This document shows positions 40,701-50,330 of a stretch of 64,000 bases of DNA, in pieces. Origin of the DNA: Candidatus Poribacteria bacterium (GTDB lineage: Bacteria > Poribacteria > WGA-4E > UBA9662); NCBI GenBank assembly GCA_036339735.1, contig JAYZAL010000066.1, positions 32,001 to 96,000 on the forward strand. The letters run 5' to 3'. The position numbers and the translations under genes are program-made. Each line of letters begins with the position of its first letter. Positions within the stretch are counted from its first letter, which is position 1. The notes beneath the pieces are model-generated. The model was not told where the DNA came from, did not search any database, and was given only the letters and a program-made list of their open reading frames with translations.

Positions 40701-43700
40701 GGGTTTCTCTCGATAACCAACTCCAACTAGCAGGAGGACAAGTTATTGAAGCCACCTACTTGGATATGTTGCAATCGACTGGCCAAACTACTGTTCATGT
40801 CAAAACACAATTGGCTGTAAAAACAGGAGAAACTGCTAAGTTAGAGATTACCGGAAATGGAAAGATTTTGACTGGAGAAAGTTTCCAAATTCGGTTAATC
40901 GATAAAGATTTAAATACTTCACCTGATGAAGCAGACTTTGCGACCGTCGAAATTAGTACGAACCGTCTCTCTTCAAGCGAGAGGAGTTGGTTTGAATGGC
41001 CATTAAGTGAAAGTAACTTGAACAGTGGTGTTTTTACTGCCTCATGTCCGACTGTTTTTCAGAATCCTAGTTTTAGTTCGGAAGTCAATATGGACAAAAT
41101 ACACAGTATACCTATAAGTGGGGGAGAAGAAATTACAGTTCGTTATTTGGATGAGCACCAGTCTAGCGGACAAACAAGACAAATGATTACTGAGAGTGTA
41201 TTAGTTGAATCAGGAGATGATGGCGTATTGACTATTACCAGTGAAAACTACGTGTCTGTCGTTGAACAGTTTCGTGCAGGAACTAGTCTTCATTTTCTCC
41301 TTCAAGATGCTGATTTAATTGATCCGTCCGTCACTATAGACGTCATTGATCAGATAGGAGGCGATAAAGAAAGGGTGATTTTGAATCGTCAGTTGGGTGG
41401 AGTAAATTTTGCCGGTAAAATACCAACTGAGTTCTGGCACAAAAGTGAAACTGAATCGGATCAGCCAGTAGCTAATAATGGAACTCTGAAAGTTCAAGGA
41501 GATAGCATTGTTCAAGCTATCTATAAAGACAAATTACGATCGACTGGAGAAACACAAATCGATTTTTCCGTTCAAGCTAGTGTGATGCGAGGTAGGACAG
41601 GAAAGTTGAACGCATATACAATTAGCAAAATGCCAATTGTAGATACCAACCCAGAAATGATCGGGAACACTTTGGAAACACCAGCCACTCATTTTAGAGC
41701 TGGTCAGGCAATTATACTAGAAGTTTTGGATCATGATTTATTAGATACACTTAGAGTAACAAAGGGTCTAGATGTAGAACCGGTTAGTTTCGTAGAGATA
41801 AACACGAGTAGAGATCAGTTTCGAGATCGTTTAGTATTACCATTAGAAGATGCGACATCCGCAAATGGGGCAGTTAGGTGGGTAATCCAGACCCAGTATA
41901 ATACAATTGGAATGCTCGAAGACCAGGTTTTACAGGTCCTAGGCGGCGATATTGTGAGTTGCAACTATGTAGACGACTTACAAGCTAATGGAGCTACGAG
42001 GGTACTTGTCAATCTTGAGCTATCAGTTGATATTGGTACAACTGGACATTTGTCAGTTTATCGACAGAATATAAGCACGCCAATCAGTAAAGGTAAAAAA
42101 GCCTTTGTTGGTTTTGAGATTGGAGAAGATTTACGAATTGTTCTGGAAGATGATGATCTGAATATTTTCGACCAAGATACTGAGACTGCGAGCGTATTAG
42201 TCGCCTCCCCAATCAACAAAGTACAACTTGATTTGTCGGAAGTGTCGGCGGGTGTTTTTGTTGGCCTACTACAAACCAATTATTTAACAGCAGATAATGT
42301 TTCGCGAGGTACCGATAGTACACTAATACTTCAAAGCGGCCAGGTAGTCACTATCCAGTATAGTGACAACTTGACACAAACAGGACAAACCGATGTAGTT
42401 TTGTCTGAAACTATTATCGCTTTAAGTGGCCGAAAAGGAGCAATAAGAATCGTTTCCATGAACAGTATTGAACAAAACGAGACAACAGAGATTGCAAATT
42501 TTCGAGCTGGCGACGTACTAGGTATTCGGTTGGAAGACGACTTGCTAGAGACCAAATATGCCTCAACAGACGACGTTATCCGTATCCCTGTCACGATACA
42601 AAGCAGAGAAACACAGGATGTACTCAAGATTGACCTAAAGCCATTAGAAGAAAATAATGGGGTTTATATTGGCCACTTTGCAACACGATATAGTGTAACC
42701 CCAATTGTTGATCAGATACTAGATGTAAAAGGTGGAGAAACAGTGGTTGCTGTCTATGACTCCCTCCTGTTAAGTAATACAACTATTGAGGATCAAGTAT
42801 CAGTTGCAAAAGGTCGAAGAGCTCACTTGGAAGTGGTAACGAAACATGGAGTACCCATTCAAAATTTCAACGTTGGAGATAGCCTCTATTTTCGACTGGA
42901 GGATCCTGACCTAAGTGAAGATGAACAAGTAGTTGACCAAATTACTGCGACAGTCGTAGTCGATGGTAACGAAGCTTTTCCGCAACTTGTAATGACCAGA
43001 GAATCCATCAGTAGTAGTCGTTTTATAGGACAGATTGGCACGTTTTACGGGCGAACTCTGACACCTAATTCAAAGGTAGAATCTCTTTCCGTTCTACCTC
43101 TGATTGGTGGTGAGGTTATCACAGTCCAATATCTGGATTCGCTGACTGAAACCGGTGCAACTAACATCCCAGTTGCCCTTAGTTGTCGCAGCAACTTACA
43201 TGCCTTTGCTCAATACACTGAAAATCATATAGTAATTGATGGTGTGAATGACAACTGGCCGTTAGAGAACGCTCTCAGAACAGACAAAGATACCGTGTTG
43301 CTCTGGTTTCAATGGAACCATGAAGCCCTCTATTTCCTAGCGCAAATTCGAGACCGATCGGTAGAGGTTAAAGATCCATTGACTTACTTTCGAGGTTCAG
43401 ACGCACTTGAACTTCACTTAGATTTAGCCCCGGAAAAAGCGAAGAAACCGATCTATTTGCAAGAACAAATCCTTTCCAATAGTCTTGCTAAAAGTCATAA
43501 ACAAGCGGATATATCAGCACTAAACAGTCGTTATATTTTTTGGTTTTGTCCAAAAGGAGCTGGGTTTGATGGCCAAAAACCATATATGGGCCAGGCTCAA
43601 CCAAGGCTAATCCCTAACTACCAAGCAAAGGGACTACAGTTCGCCGTTCGTTATAATCAGCCAGCAGATAAGAATAATAGTGAACAATACTATACAATTG

Positions 43701-43888
43701 AAGGTCGTATACCCTTCTTTCCACTACTGCCCCAGTTTGATCCGCTGAAAACTAAACGGAACCTGCGGCTAGGTTTCAATTTTGTTCTTTATCGTTCTGA
43801 TGATCAGGCGATTCATTGGGCTCGGCCGGTAACAGGAATGGAAACTATATTTCCCAGTGACTTAGGGCTACTAGTACTACTCCCTTAA
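37742..43888 (+). CDS. Giant exported protein (2048 aa): discoidin-like N-terminus, CBM9/DOMON-like domains, eight internal repeats
   Basis: N-terminal hydrophobic segment; IDLGRRQNI..GRFIKLKI..EVSNFEVF; IKIDGLVNDW..QWNDNNLY and IVIDGVNDNW..QWNHEALY..DALELHLD; 8 x [F..G..L...L.D.DL...G.F.G...T...L.V.GG..I...Y.D]. Confidence 0.7.
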   Translation: MNLKHALLTGIALLLGFLFYPRSTTNYSIDQSLISPARTLDSEPLRLTELVRSNPPYSTFDLGYIYKIDTAQVVFGSPEDSGPRQFDILVKNQLNDRYKRIYSFIGNSHEYGYPLQSFQTQTEARWVQVVINDWFTNKPQLQKDRFRVGTRYKRHGPIKAITATHNTEFLFHLTDLLPNTKWAAADVIINNKEIENASVAPEFRTPTLNGQFATVAVKIDLGRRQNIYGTRITTAGSGNNLKRYSLEIGGRSAITRGDTEINDFIPYYTSEILPNEVVKDTYLPETSQRGRFIKLKIDVNDWYGEYAEVSNFEVFTDEYRILSSQLSSDPQYRNFEDYTTKRVEYENLGANNNQYAPHLKQGFAYDKETGDFQNRYLLPKTVSEPDAPNSIASGGLVDQRSFAYHYDTVEIQFGAMRPMNPRMLYWVQVSYLQNSDGKRIQNLLADQFLLHSALEIPTNAAKTYTFQIPTQAYASGPTAGKVALRFNRLAGANAVVSTVALLESSPLRDDNLANKKDGQKTHLLTNQKQGRSVRTDNTIKIDGLVNDWHLLYSLVPMFAGQRDKPLPTEYQSRKESPVHLYTQWNDNNLYILLNFNQPDDEKNRLINQHHRLHLFIDTQRTASPGMYTPTDHHFTFDLSNFTEPEPEVYVSQVHHHLDAIPATINNYEDISVAVRLIPSTNSDSNIKEGYTIEIQLPKQLVLNRFKTGVGYLFGLNYILNRTDLEKKRNLSSFAFTSSDSDSPPQNWFPVEMVSRVSGEVDIMSQTGLEPIEKLVVGDTISLCVWDADRNNDPTLEESITVQLKNNRSEVSSTLRLPEVDYASFIDDNQKHNGSPNSSFFAAKILTEFDEFPPSNKANILTTSLLKVRGGDEIVLSYTDPYFGYNQRDKLIQKTALVEKGHDGRVYFGTFNGEVLGQISIGSELFVFIEDDDLQENLVKPVSIELNILAPKSSYRSLQKEIVTVSLVETEGKILYRGHIPTIYQPVGVSLDNQLQLAGGQVIEATYLDMLQSTGQTTVHVKTQLAVKTGETAKLEITGNGKILTGESFQIRLIDKDLNTSPDEADFATVEISTNRLSSSERSWFEWPLSESNLNSGVFTASCPTVFQNPSFSSEVNMDKIHSIPISGGEEITVRYLDEHQSSGQTRQMITESVLVESGDDGVLTITSENYVSVVEQFRAGTSLHFLLQDADLIDPSVTIDVIDQIGGDKERVILNRQLGGVNFAGKIPTEFWHKSETESDQPVANNGTLKVQGDSIVQAIYKDKLRSTGETQIDFSVQASVMRGRTGKLNAYTISKMPIVDTNPEMIGNTLETPATHFRAGQAIILEVLDHDLLDTLRVTKGLDVEPVSFVEINTSRDQFRDRLVLPLEDATSANGAVRWVIQTQYNTIGMLEDQVLQVLGGDIVSCNYVDDLQANGATRVLVNLELSVDIGTTGHLSVYRQNISTPISKGKKAFVGFEIGEDLRIVLEDDDLNIFDQDTETASVLVASPINKVQLDLSEVSAGVFVGLLQTNYLTADNVSRGTDSTLILQSGQVVTIQYSDNLTQTGQTDVVLSETIIALSGRKGAIRIVSMNSIEQNETTEIANFRAGDVLGIRLEDDLLETKYASTDDVIRIPVTIQSRETQDVLKIDLKPLEENNGVYIGHFATRYSVTPIVDQILDVKGGETVVAVYDSLLLSNTTIEDQVSVAKGRRAHLEVVTKHGVPIQNFNVGDSLYFRLEDPDLSEDEQVVDQITATVVVDGNEAFPQLVMTRESISSSRFIGQIGTFYGRTLTPNSKVESLSVLPLIGGEVITVQYLDSLTETGATNIPVALSCRSNLHAFAQYTENHIVIDGVNDNWPLENALRTDKDTVLLWFQWNHEALYFLAQIRDRSVEVKDPLTYFRGSDALELHLDLAPEKAKKPIYLQEQILSNSLAKSHKQADISALNSRYIFWFCPKGAGFDGQKPYMGQAQPRLIPNYQAKGLQFAVRYNQPADKNNSEQYYTIEGRIPFFPLLPQFDPLKTKRNLRLGFNFVLYRSDDQAIHWARPVTGMETIFPSDLGLLVLLP

Positions 43889-43967
43889 TTAAGAGCGCCG
43901 AGATATTGTGGTGAAATATTTTTGATATGGTTATACCCTAAATGTGGTGGTTGTGGTACGAAAGTAA

Positions 43968-44885
43968 ATGGATACTTTTATTATAAGATTCTTTTTCTTT
44001 TATTTTCTGATTACCCTTTTCCCAGGAGTTTGGAGCGAAAAGATGACTCTGAATGGTGAAAAATCATCAGAACCATTTTCGAACCGTTACCTAAATGTGA
44101 AACAAGTTAGCGGAGAAATAGAGTGGGTTCATATTGAAAGTGGAAAATTCTTGATGGGGTCTACACAAAAAGAAGTGGAAAAGATCTACCAAGAAGCAAG
44201 GATCCGTAGCTCAATGCTAGATAGGAACATATTTTCAGCAGAAACACCACAGAGGTGGGTGACGCTTTCCTCATTCGAAATTTCTAAATACGAAGTAACA
44301 AATGCTCAGTATTATGCTTTCGTGATTGCCACTGGTCGACCAGTACCAAGAGGATACAATGGGGAACCCGTTTGGGAGAATCCAGCGTTGAATCAAGCTC
44401 AACAGCCAGTCGTCGGTGTAACTTGGTACGATGCACAAGCTTTCGCTGAGTGGGTTGGTGGCAGTTTGCCTACTGAAGCACAGTGGGAACGGGCGGCACG
44501 TGGTAAAAATGGTGCAAAATATCCTTGGGGAAACGAATCACCTAGAAGGCAATTCGCCAATTTCGCCAAACGACAACCTTCTACAACACCAGTTGGCCAA
44601 TTCCCGTTAGGTGACACAGATACTGGTATTTCTGATTTGGCAGGTAACGTTTGGGAGTGGTGTTTAGATGATTACTCTCAAACCTTTTATCAAATTGCTG
44701 GTAATAACCAGCCGGTCAATACGCAGCATCCAAACCTGATTAGAGATCGGGTAATCCGAGGTGGATCTTGGGATTACGGCCGTATATTTATCCGATCGCA
44801 ACTGCGTTTTAAATTTTTCCCCCTAGATTCGGCAAACAATATTGGCTTCCGAATAGTCAAGAAAAAGAGGGGAATTGAGAATTAA
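43968..44885 (+). CDS. FGE-sulfatase (SUMF1/PvdO-like) domain exported protein
   Basis: FLMGS, EVTNAQY, PVVGVTWYDA, LPTEAQWERAARG, DLAGNVWEW, RGGSW, NIGFR. No FGE catalytic cysteines. Confidence 0.9.
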   Translation: MDTFIIRFFFFYFLITLFPGVWSEKMTLNGEKSSEPFSNRYLNVKQVSGEIEWVHIESGKFLMGSTQKEVEKIYQEARIRSSMLDRNIFSAETPQRWVTLSSFEISKYEVTNAQYYAFVIATGRPVPRGYNGEPVWENPALNQAQQPVVGVTWYDAQAFAEWVGGSLPTEAQWERAARGKNGAKYPWGNESPRRQFANFAKRQPSTTPVGQFPLGDTDTGISDLAGNVWEWCLDDYSQTFYQIAGNNQPVNTQHPNLIRDRVIRGGSWDYGRIFIRSQLRFKFFPLDSANNIGFRIVKKKRGIEN

Positions 44886-46569
44886 ACTGATCATTCGACA
44901 ATCTTGGTTAATTATTTCTTTGTTACTTTTTGATATCAGTTTGGCGCATGCTCAGTCCACGCCCCAAATTGCTTTCGTTGATGTGACTGCGAAGTTAGGA
45001 TTCGACTTTGAATACCAGAACGATTTTTCACCAGAACGACGGTTGGTAGAAACCATGGGAGGAGGAGGAACTCTGCTAGACTTCGATGGAGATGGAGATC
45101 TTGATCTGTATCTAGTACAAGGTGCGGATCTCGACAACTTACAAAAGGATTCAAAACATCGAATGTGCTGGTCTAATCGACTTTACCGAAACGAGTCAGG
45201 AAAACATTTTGTCGATGTCACCGAGCAGGCGCAAGTTAGTGGTACTGGCTATGGTCTCGGCGCAGTATCGGCTGATTATGATGGAGATGGTGATGTAGAT
45301 ATATATGTGACCAATTTAGGCTCCAACATCTTGTATCAAAACAATGGCAATAGTACATTTAGCGACGTGACTGAGATTGCCGGTCTTAAATCAGACTTGA
45401 TTAGTACGAGTGCGGCTTTTTTCGATTATGACCAAGATGGAGATCTCGACCTTTATTTATGTAATTACGTTGACTATGATCTATCGGAGGATATCCCCTG
45501 CTATTTTGGACAACTACGAATTTACTGTGGTCCTAACGAATACGATGGTATTGCAGATCAACTTTATCGAAATAATGGTGATGGGTCATTTACCGATGTG
45601 ACTAAGCAAGCAGGTGTTTGGATGCCTACAGCACGTGGGCTTGGTGTGATTTGCCCTGATGTTAACGATGATGGTTGGGCAGATATTTACGTCGCTAACG
45701 ACATGAATCCCAACACTTTATTTATCAATCAAGGTGATGGTACCTTCAAAGAAGAGGGGCAACTTCGAGGATGTGCTTACAATGCTGATGGCATTGCCAA
45801 TGGTTCCATGGGGGTTGATGCGGGTGATTACGATAACGATGGTGATATGGATTTGTGGGTGACCAACTTTTCATTGGAGGCTAATTGTTTGATGGTCAAT
45901 GACGGGAACGGATATTTTGATGATTTGACATTTGATATAGGATTAGCAGAACCTTCATTTGTGCCACTGGCATTCGGAACAAAATTCATTGATTATGATA
46001 ATGATGGTTGGTTAGATCTAGTCGTCGGAAATGGGCATATTTGGGATAATGTTAATCAAATTGATTCTAGTATGACATATGCCCAGCCATTACAACTGTT
46101 TAAGAATAAAAATGGCATTTTCAACGAAGTAATACTGGAAGGGCTCTCCAGCTATGTAGTTCGTGGCTTAATGACTGGCGACTACGATAACGATGGAGAC
46201 CAAGACCTATTTTTATGTCAGTCGAATGGACCTTTAGTCGTACTAGAAAATCAATTGCTGGGAAAGAATGAAGCCAAAGGAGTAGCTTGGTTGACTCTAG
46301 ACCTTACATCTAACGGTCTAAATGGGAACGGCATAGGAGCAACTGTAAAAGTTACAGCCGGCGCAAAAGCCCAAACTAAGCAACTGCTAAGCGGTGGTAG
46401 TTATCTAGTTGGGAATGATACACGATTAAGCTTTGGGTTGTCGTCTGCAGAGATTATCGATAAAATAGAGATTTACTGGCCTAATGGTTACCAAGAGGTA
46501 TTAGTGAATATCCAACCTCGGCAAATCTTAACCATTGAGCAAAAAAATAATCGACCGAAAACGGAGTAA
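44875..46569 (+). CDS. CRTAC1-like protein (FG-GAP repeats + ASPIC/UnbV domain)
   Basis: Multiple D-[YF]-D-x-DGDxD motifs, ETMGGGG, C-terminal GIGATVKV..GGSYL....RLSFGL..IEIYWPNG. Confidence 0.9.
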   Translation: MRIKLIIRQSWLIISLLLFDISLAHAQSTPQIAFVDVTAKLGFDFEYQNDFSPERRLVETMGGGGTLLDFDGDGDLDLYLVQGADLDNLQKDSKHRMCWSNRLYRNESGKHFVDVTEQAQVSGTGYGLGAVSADYDGDGDVDIYVTNLGSNILYQNNGNSTFSDVTEIAGLKSDLISTSAAFFDYDQDGDLDLYLCNYVDYDLSEDIPCYFGQLRIYCGPNEYDGIADQLYRNNGDGSFTDVTKQAGVWMPTARGLGVICPDVNDDGWADIYVANDMNPNTLFINQGDGTFKEEGQLRGCAYNADGIANGSMGVDAGDYDNDGDMDLWVTNFSLEANCLMVNDGNGYFDDLTFDIGLAEPSFVPLAFGTKFIDYDNDGWLDLVVGNGHIWDNVNQIDSSMTYAQPLQLFKNKNGIFNEVILEGLSSYVVRGLMTGDYDNDGDQDLFLCQSNGPLVVLENQLLGKNEAKGVAWLTLDLTSNGLNGNGIGATVKVTAGAKAQTKQLLSGGSYLVGNDTRLSFGLSSAEIIDKIEIYWPNGYQEVLVNIQPRQILTIEQKNNRPKTE

Positions 46570-46571
46570 AA

Positions 46572-48290
46572 ATGGCTTTCAAGATTGCTTTTATTACTGA
46601 CACTCACCTTTACCCTGAGGCTCCGAAAAACTTTGGTGCTGGGACACAACTTCAAGAGGACAGCGTCGAAATCTACGAAGCTATGGTACAACAAGTCTCT
46701 GATTTTAGACCCGATGTGGTAATTCATGGTGGGGATATTGTTTGTGGAGGTGATAATTTTGAAATGCCAATGAGCAATTACCAAATTGCTCTGGATCACG
46801 CACAGATGTTAGGAGAACAACTTTCGGCTCCCGTATACTATATTCCAGGTAATCATGATCTCGACCCAGAAAGCGGTGATAAGACACAGTATCTACAAAG
46901 GTTCGGCTATCATCCATCAAAAAACAATTCAGACGATGTGAATCAAAACCAAGTAGATGAACTAGCAAACGTAGTAGAGCCTCGAGGATATTCTAGCTTA
47001 GTTTATGAAGATGTTCGACTGATCTTATTGGATTGTCAAGAGGTCGAGCGTGATGTGACCCACGGCTATATTGGAGAGGAACAACTTGAGTGGATAAAGT
47101 GCGAATTGGAACAGTCGAAAGACAATAGTCAGGATGTCCTGATTTTTGCCCATCAACTTCTACAGCCAACTGATGAATTCCCAAACCTAGAGTCAACAAT
47201 CGAAAATTGGGAGCAGGTAACTCAAATACTCAACAATTATGACCATGTTTTGGCTACTTTCCATGGCCACCTTCATTGCCAGAGGATAATTGGACCAGAT
47301 CCGACAACTAAGTGGCTAACTGTTATAACGTCTAGTACCATTTGCTATCCGATGATGTGGCGAAAAATTGAGATAAATTCAGAACAGATTCGAATCGATA
47401 GTGTTCAACTGCCACTATCGCAAAAATTAGCGAAATCCTCCGCGGCACATCCTCAGCGCGGACGATCATTAATTGGTGAAGAGCAAGACCTGCGGGTAAG
47501 TATAAAACGTTCCATCCAGACACCAAATAATTTGGTAACCAAGGGCATAGAAACTTCTTTAATAAAAGCCTTAATCCTGACTGGGGTTAACAATCATGAT
47601 TGGGAGCGGTCATCCTCAATTTGCCAAAATTTACTAGAAAGTACGGGTAGATTTAGTGTCGAAATCTGTGAAACCCCATCAGCTAGGTTAGAAAACCGAG
47701 AACAACTTGACCAGTACCAGCTATTTTTAGTCGATTATAATACCGGATTCGATAACCTATATACTGGGACAGAATGGAGCAGCCTCGCTCGCGATAATTT
47801 TATTGATTCAGTCAGATGTGGAGTGAATGTTTGTATTCTTCACTCAGCTAATAACTCATTCCCGGAATGGGTAGAATATGAAGAAATTTGCGCTTTGATG
47901 TGGCGTGAAGATTCTAGTCATGGTGTGTATCACAGTTTCGATATCGAGTTTACCGATCTCGACCACCCAATTGTCAATGGATTTGCCCAAACATTACCCA
48001 GTGGAAAAATTAAAAACCATCCTGATGAACTTTACCACCAACTGAAACACATGCATGGTACTGACTACCACGTCATTGCACAGGCATTTTCGAGTGTTGA
48101 TTCAGGCGGGACTGGGCAGTATGAACCAATGGTCTTGGTTAAGAACTATGGTCAAGCTAGAGTCTTTCATTCCATTTTAGGCCATTTGGGGCTTGATGGA
48201 GTATCTGATACTTGGGATAATCCTGACTTTCAAACATTGTTAGTGAGAGGATGTGAATGGGCTGCGCTAGGAACAGTTACCAACGCATAA
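46572..48290 (+). CDS. Calcineurin-like metallophosphoesterase fused to a ThuA-like domain
   Basis: DTH, GGD, PGNHD, AH, GHLH motifs. C-terminal ALILTG.NNHDW..ILHSA..DELY..RVFHSILGH..RGCEWAA. Confidence 0.82.
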   Translation: MAFKIAFITDTHLYPEAPKNFGAGTQLQEDSVEIYEAMVQQVSDFRPDVVIHGGDIVCGGDNFEMPMSNYQIALDHAQMLGEQLSAPVYYIPGNHDLDPESGDKTQYLQRFGYHPSKNNSDDVNQNQVDELANVVEPRGYSSLVYEDVRLILLDCQEVERDVTHGYIGEEQLEWIKCELEQSKDNSQDVLIFAHQLLQPTDEFPNLESTIENWEQVTQILNNYDHVLATFHGHLHCQRIIGPDPTTKWLTVITSSTICYPMMWRKIEINSEQIRIDSVQLPLSQKLAKSSAAHPQRGRSLIGEEQDLRVSIKRSIQTPNNLVTKGIETSLIKALILTGVNNHDWERSSSICQNLLESTGRFSVEICETPSARLENREQLDQYQLFLVDYNTGFDNLYTGTEWSSLARDNFIDSVRCGVNVCILHSANNSFPEWVEYEEICALMWREDSSHGVYHSFDIEFTDLDHPIVNGFAQTLPSGKIKNHPDELYHQLKHMHGTDYHVIAQAFSSVDSGGTGQYEPMVLVKNYGQARVFHSILGHLGLDGVSDTWDNPDFQTLLVRGCEWAALGTVTNA

Positions 48291-48303
48291 TTGAGGGAAG
48301 TAC

Positions 48304-49536
48304 ATGAAAGTTATTCAAGGCGGTATTACCAGCGTTGTTGGGATTCGAGCTGCAGGCGTTTATGCAGGCATTAAGAAAAAGAGCCACAAAGAATCAACTA
48401 AAGATATAGCTTTAATAGTAGCTGATCCAGTTTCACCTACCGATCAGCCTATTGCCGCTGGTGTTTATACAAAAAACCGCGTTTGTGCTGCACCAGTCTT
48501 ACTTTGTAAGGAACACCTTCAACAACCAACAACCCGTGCAATTATTATTAACAGTGGTAATGCCAATGCTTGTACTGGTGATCAAGGCGTACATAACGCC
48601 AAACAGATGGCTCAAGTAGTTGCCAACACACTCTCGATTTCGGTTGATGAGGTCTTAGTTTGTTCGACTGGCGTTATTGGTCAACAGCTACCCATGGAAA
48701 AAATAGAAGCTGGTATTATATCTGCGGCCGATCATGTGTCAAACGATGGGGGTAATGATGTAGCTGTAGCAATTATGACGACTGATACAGTTTCTAAATC
48801 GGTGTCGGTTGAAATTGAAATCGACAACCAAGCCGTTAGGATTGGTGGGACAGCAAAAGGTTCTGGTATGATAGCTCCTAATATGGCAACTATGCTTGGT
48901 TTTATTACCACTGATGTAGCAATCACACCAGAATTATTACAGTCCAGCCTGAGTCAAGCTAATGAGATTAGTTTTAATTGTATTACTGTTGATACTGATA
49001 CCAGTACTAATGACACAGTATTGGTATTAGCAACCGGTGCGGCAAACCACACCAAAATTGAGTCTGATACAGACCCAAACTACGAAGTATTCTGTAAAGG
49101 TCTAACATATGTATGTACTGAATTGGCCAAGATGATTGCACGTGATGGAGAAGGTGCAACGAAACTCGTCGAGATCTTGATAGAAAACGCTCAAACAAAA
49201 AGTGATGCTGTTAAAGCGGGTAGGGCTGTTGCTGAATCTCCCCTAGTCAAGACGGCTATCTTTGCTAACGATGCTAACTGGGGCCGTTTCATGATGGCAA
49301 TTGGCAAGTCAGGAGCAATTTTTGATCCTTATCAAGTAAATATCTTTGTTGACGACTACCAAATCGTCAGGAACGGGATGAATGCTGGTTATAAAGAGGA
49401 AACGGCCTCAGAATATTTGAATTCGGATATCATTCAGATTCGTATTGACTTAGGGGCTGGTATCCGAACGGCTAAGTTTTGGTCGTGCGATTATTCATAT
49501 GACTACATCCGCATTAATGCTGATTATCGCACCTAG
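48304..49536 (+). CDS. argJ: Bifunctional ornithine acetyltransferase/N-acetylglutamate synthase
   Basis: NSGNANACTG, STGVIG, IMTTDT, AKGSGMIAPNMATML, DTSTND, DGEGATK, YIRINADYRT. Confidence 0.97.
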   Translation: MKVIQGGITSVVGIRAAGVYAGIKKKSHKESTKDIALIVADPVSPTDQPIAAGVYTKNRVCAAPVLLCKEHLQQPTTRAIIINSGNANACTGDQGVHNAKQMAQVVANTLSISVDEVLVCSTGVIGQQLPMEKIEAGIISAADHVSNDGGNDVAVAIMTTDTVSKSVSVEIEIDNQAVRIGGTAKGSGMIAPNMATMLGFITTDVAITPELLQSSLSQANEISFNCITVDTDTSTNDTVLVLATGAANHTKIESDTDPNYEVFCKGLTYVCTELAKMIARDGEGATKLVEILIENAQTKSDAVKAGRAVAESPLVKTAIFANDANWGRFMMAIGKSGAIFDPYQVNIFVDDYQIVRNGMNAGYKEETASEYLNSDIIQIRIDLGAGIRTAKFWSCDYSYDYIRINADYRT

Positions 49537-49607
49537 AGTTATGTCGGTAGAACTTGGCCTTAATTTTTTATATGTGGTATGATTTTGTAGCTTGGGTTGA
49601 GTGGCTG

Positions 49608-49969
49608 AATAGAGTCAAGTAGGCGGTCGCACTTCTGTTTTTCAGAGGTGAGGAAAGTCCGGGCTCCACAGAGCGGGATGCTGGATAACGTCCAGGAGTG
49701 GCGACACTACGGAGAGTGCAACAGAAAGTAAACTACAGCACTTACAGTGCTGTACAGGTGAAACGGTGCGGTAAAAGCGCACCAGTCTTGGTGGTGACAT
49801 CAAGAGCTTGTAAACCCCATCTGGAGCAAGACCAAGTAGGTGAATTGGGTTCGCTCGCCCTGTTCGCGGGTAAGGTCGCAAGAGGTTAGTGGTAACACTA
49901 ATCCTAGATGAATGATCGCTAACACTGTTCCAGACAGTGTACAGAACCCGGCTTATTCTTTGCTCTATT
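49608..49969 (+). ncRNA. rnpB: RNase P RNA, bacterial type A
   Basis: GAGGAAAGTCCGGGCTCC, AGTGCAACAGAAA, GGTGAAACGGTGCGGTAAAAGCGCACC, GTAAACCCC..GGAGCAAG, ACAGAACCCGGCTTA. P1 helix AATAGAG/CTCTATT. Confidence 0.97.
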
Positions 49970-50330
49970 TGGCTAATTAACCCGAGTTTTCTGGTCGGAA
50001 TTAAAGCATGAAACGAAAGGGATTGGTCAATTGTAATATTTTTTTAGGAACTGTTTGACCTACTTACTGGCTGTCATCTGACTTTGTCATTTGTTTGTAT
50101 GCTATTTTAATTTCGGGTGAATACAACATTCGGTATGAAGCCCCTCCTGCATACTACATTATTGGTCGTGTTCTAAGTGGCTGAAACAAAGACGGAATTG
50201 AACTTGGTTGCCTGACTCCTCGCTATTACCCACAAAAGTAGAACAATATGTTCCATCAAACCTGTGTGGCTGTTTTTGCGAAAGTCAGTTAAATTCTTAT
50301 CGTGTTCCTAACAAAAACTGAGCTGAAGAA

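Noticed and set aside
43968-44885. True formylglycine-generating enzyme
   Set aside because: The catalytic Cys pair after RGGS is absent; fold homologue only.
49642-49889. Short ORFs on both strands
   Set aside because: They lie within the RNase P RNA gene.
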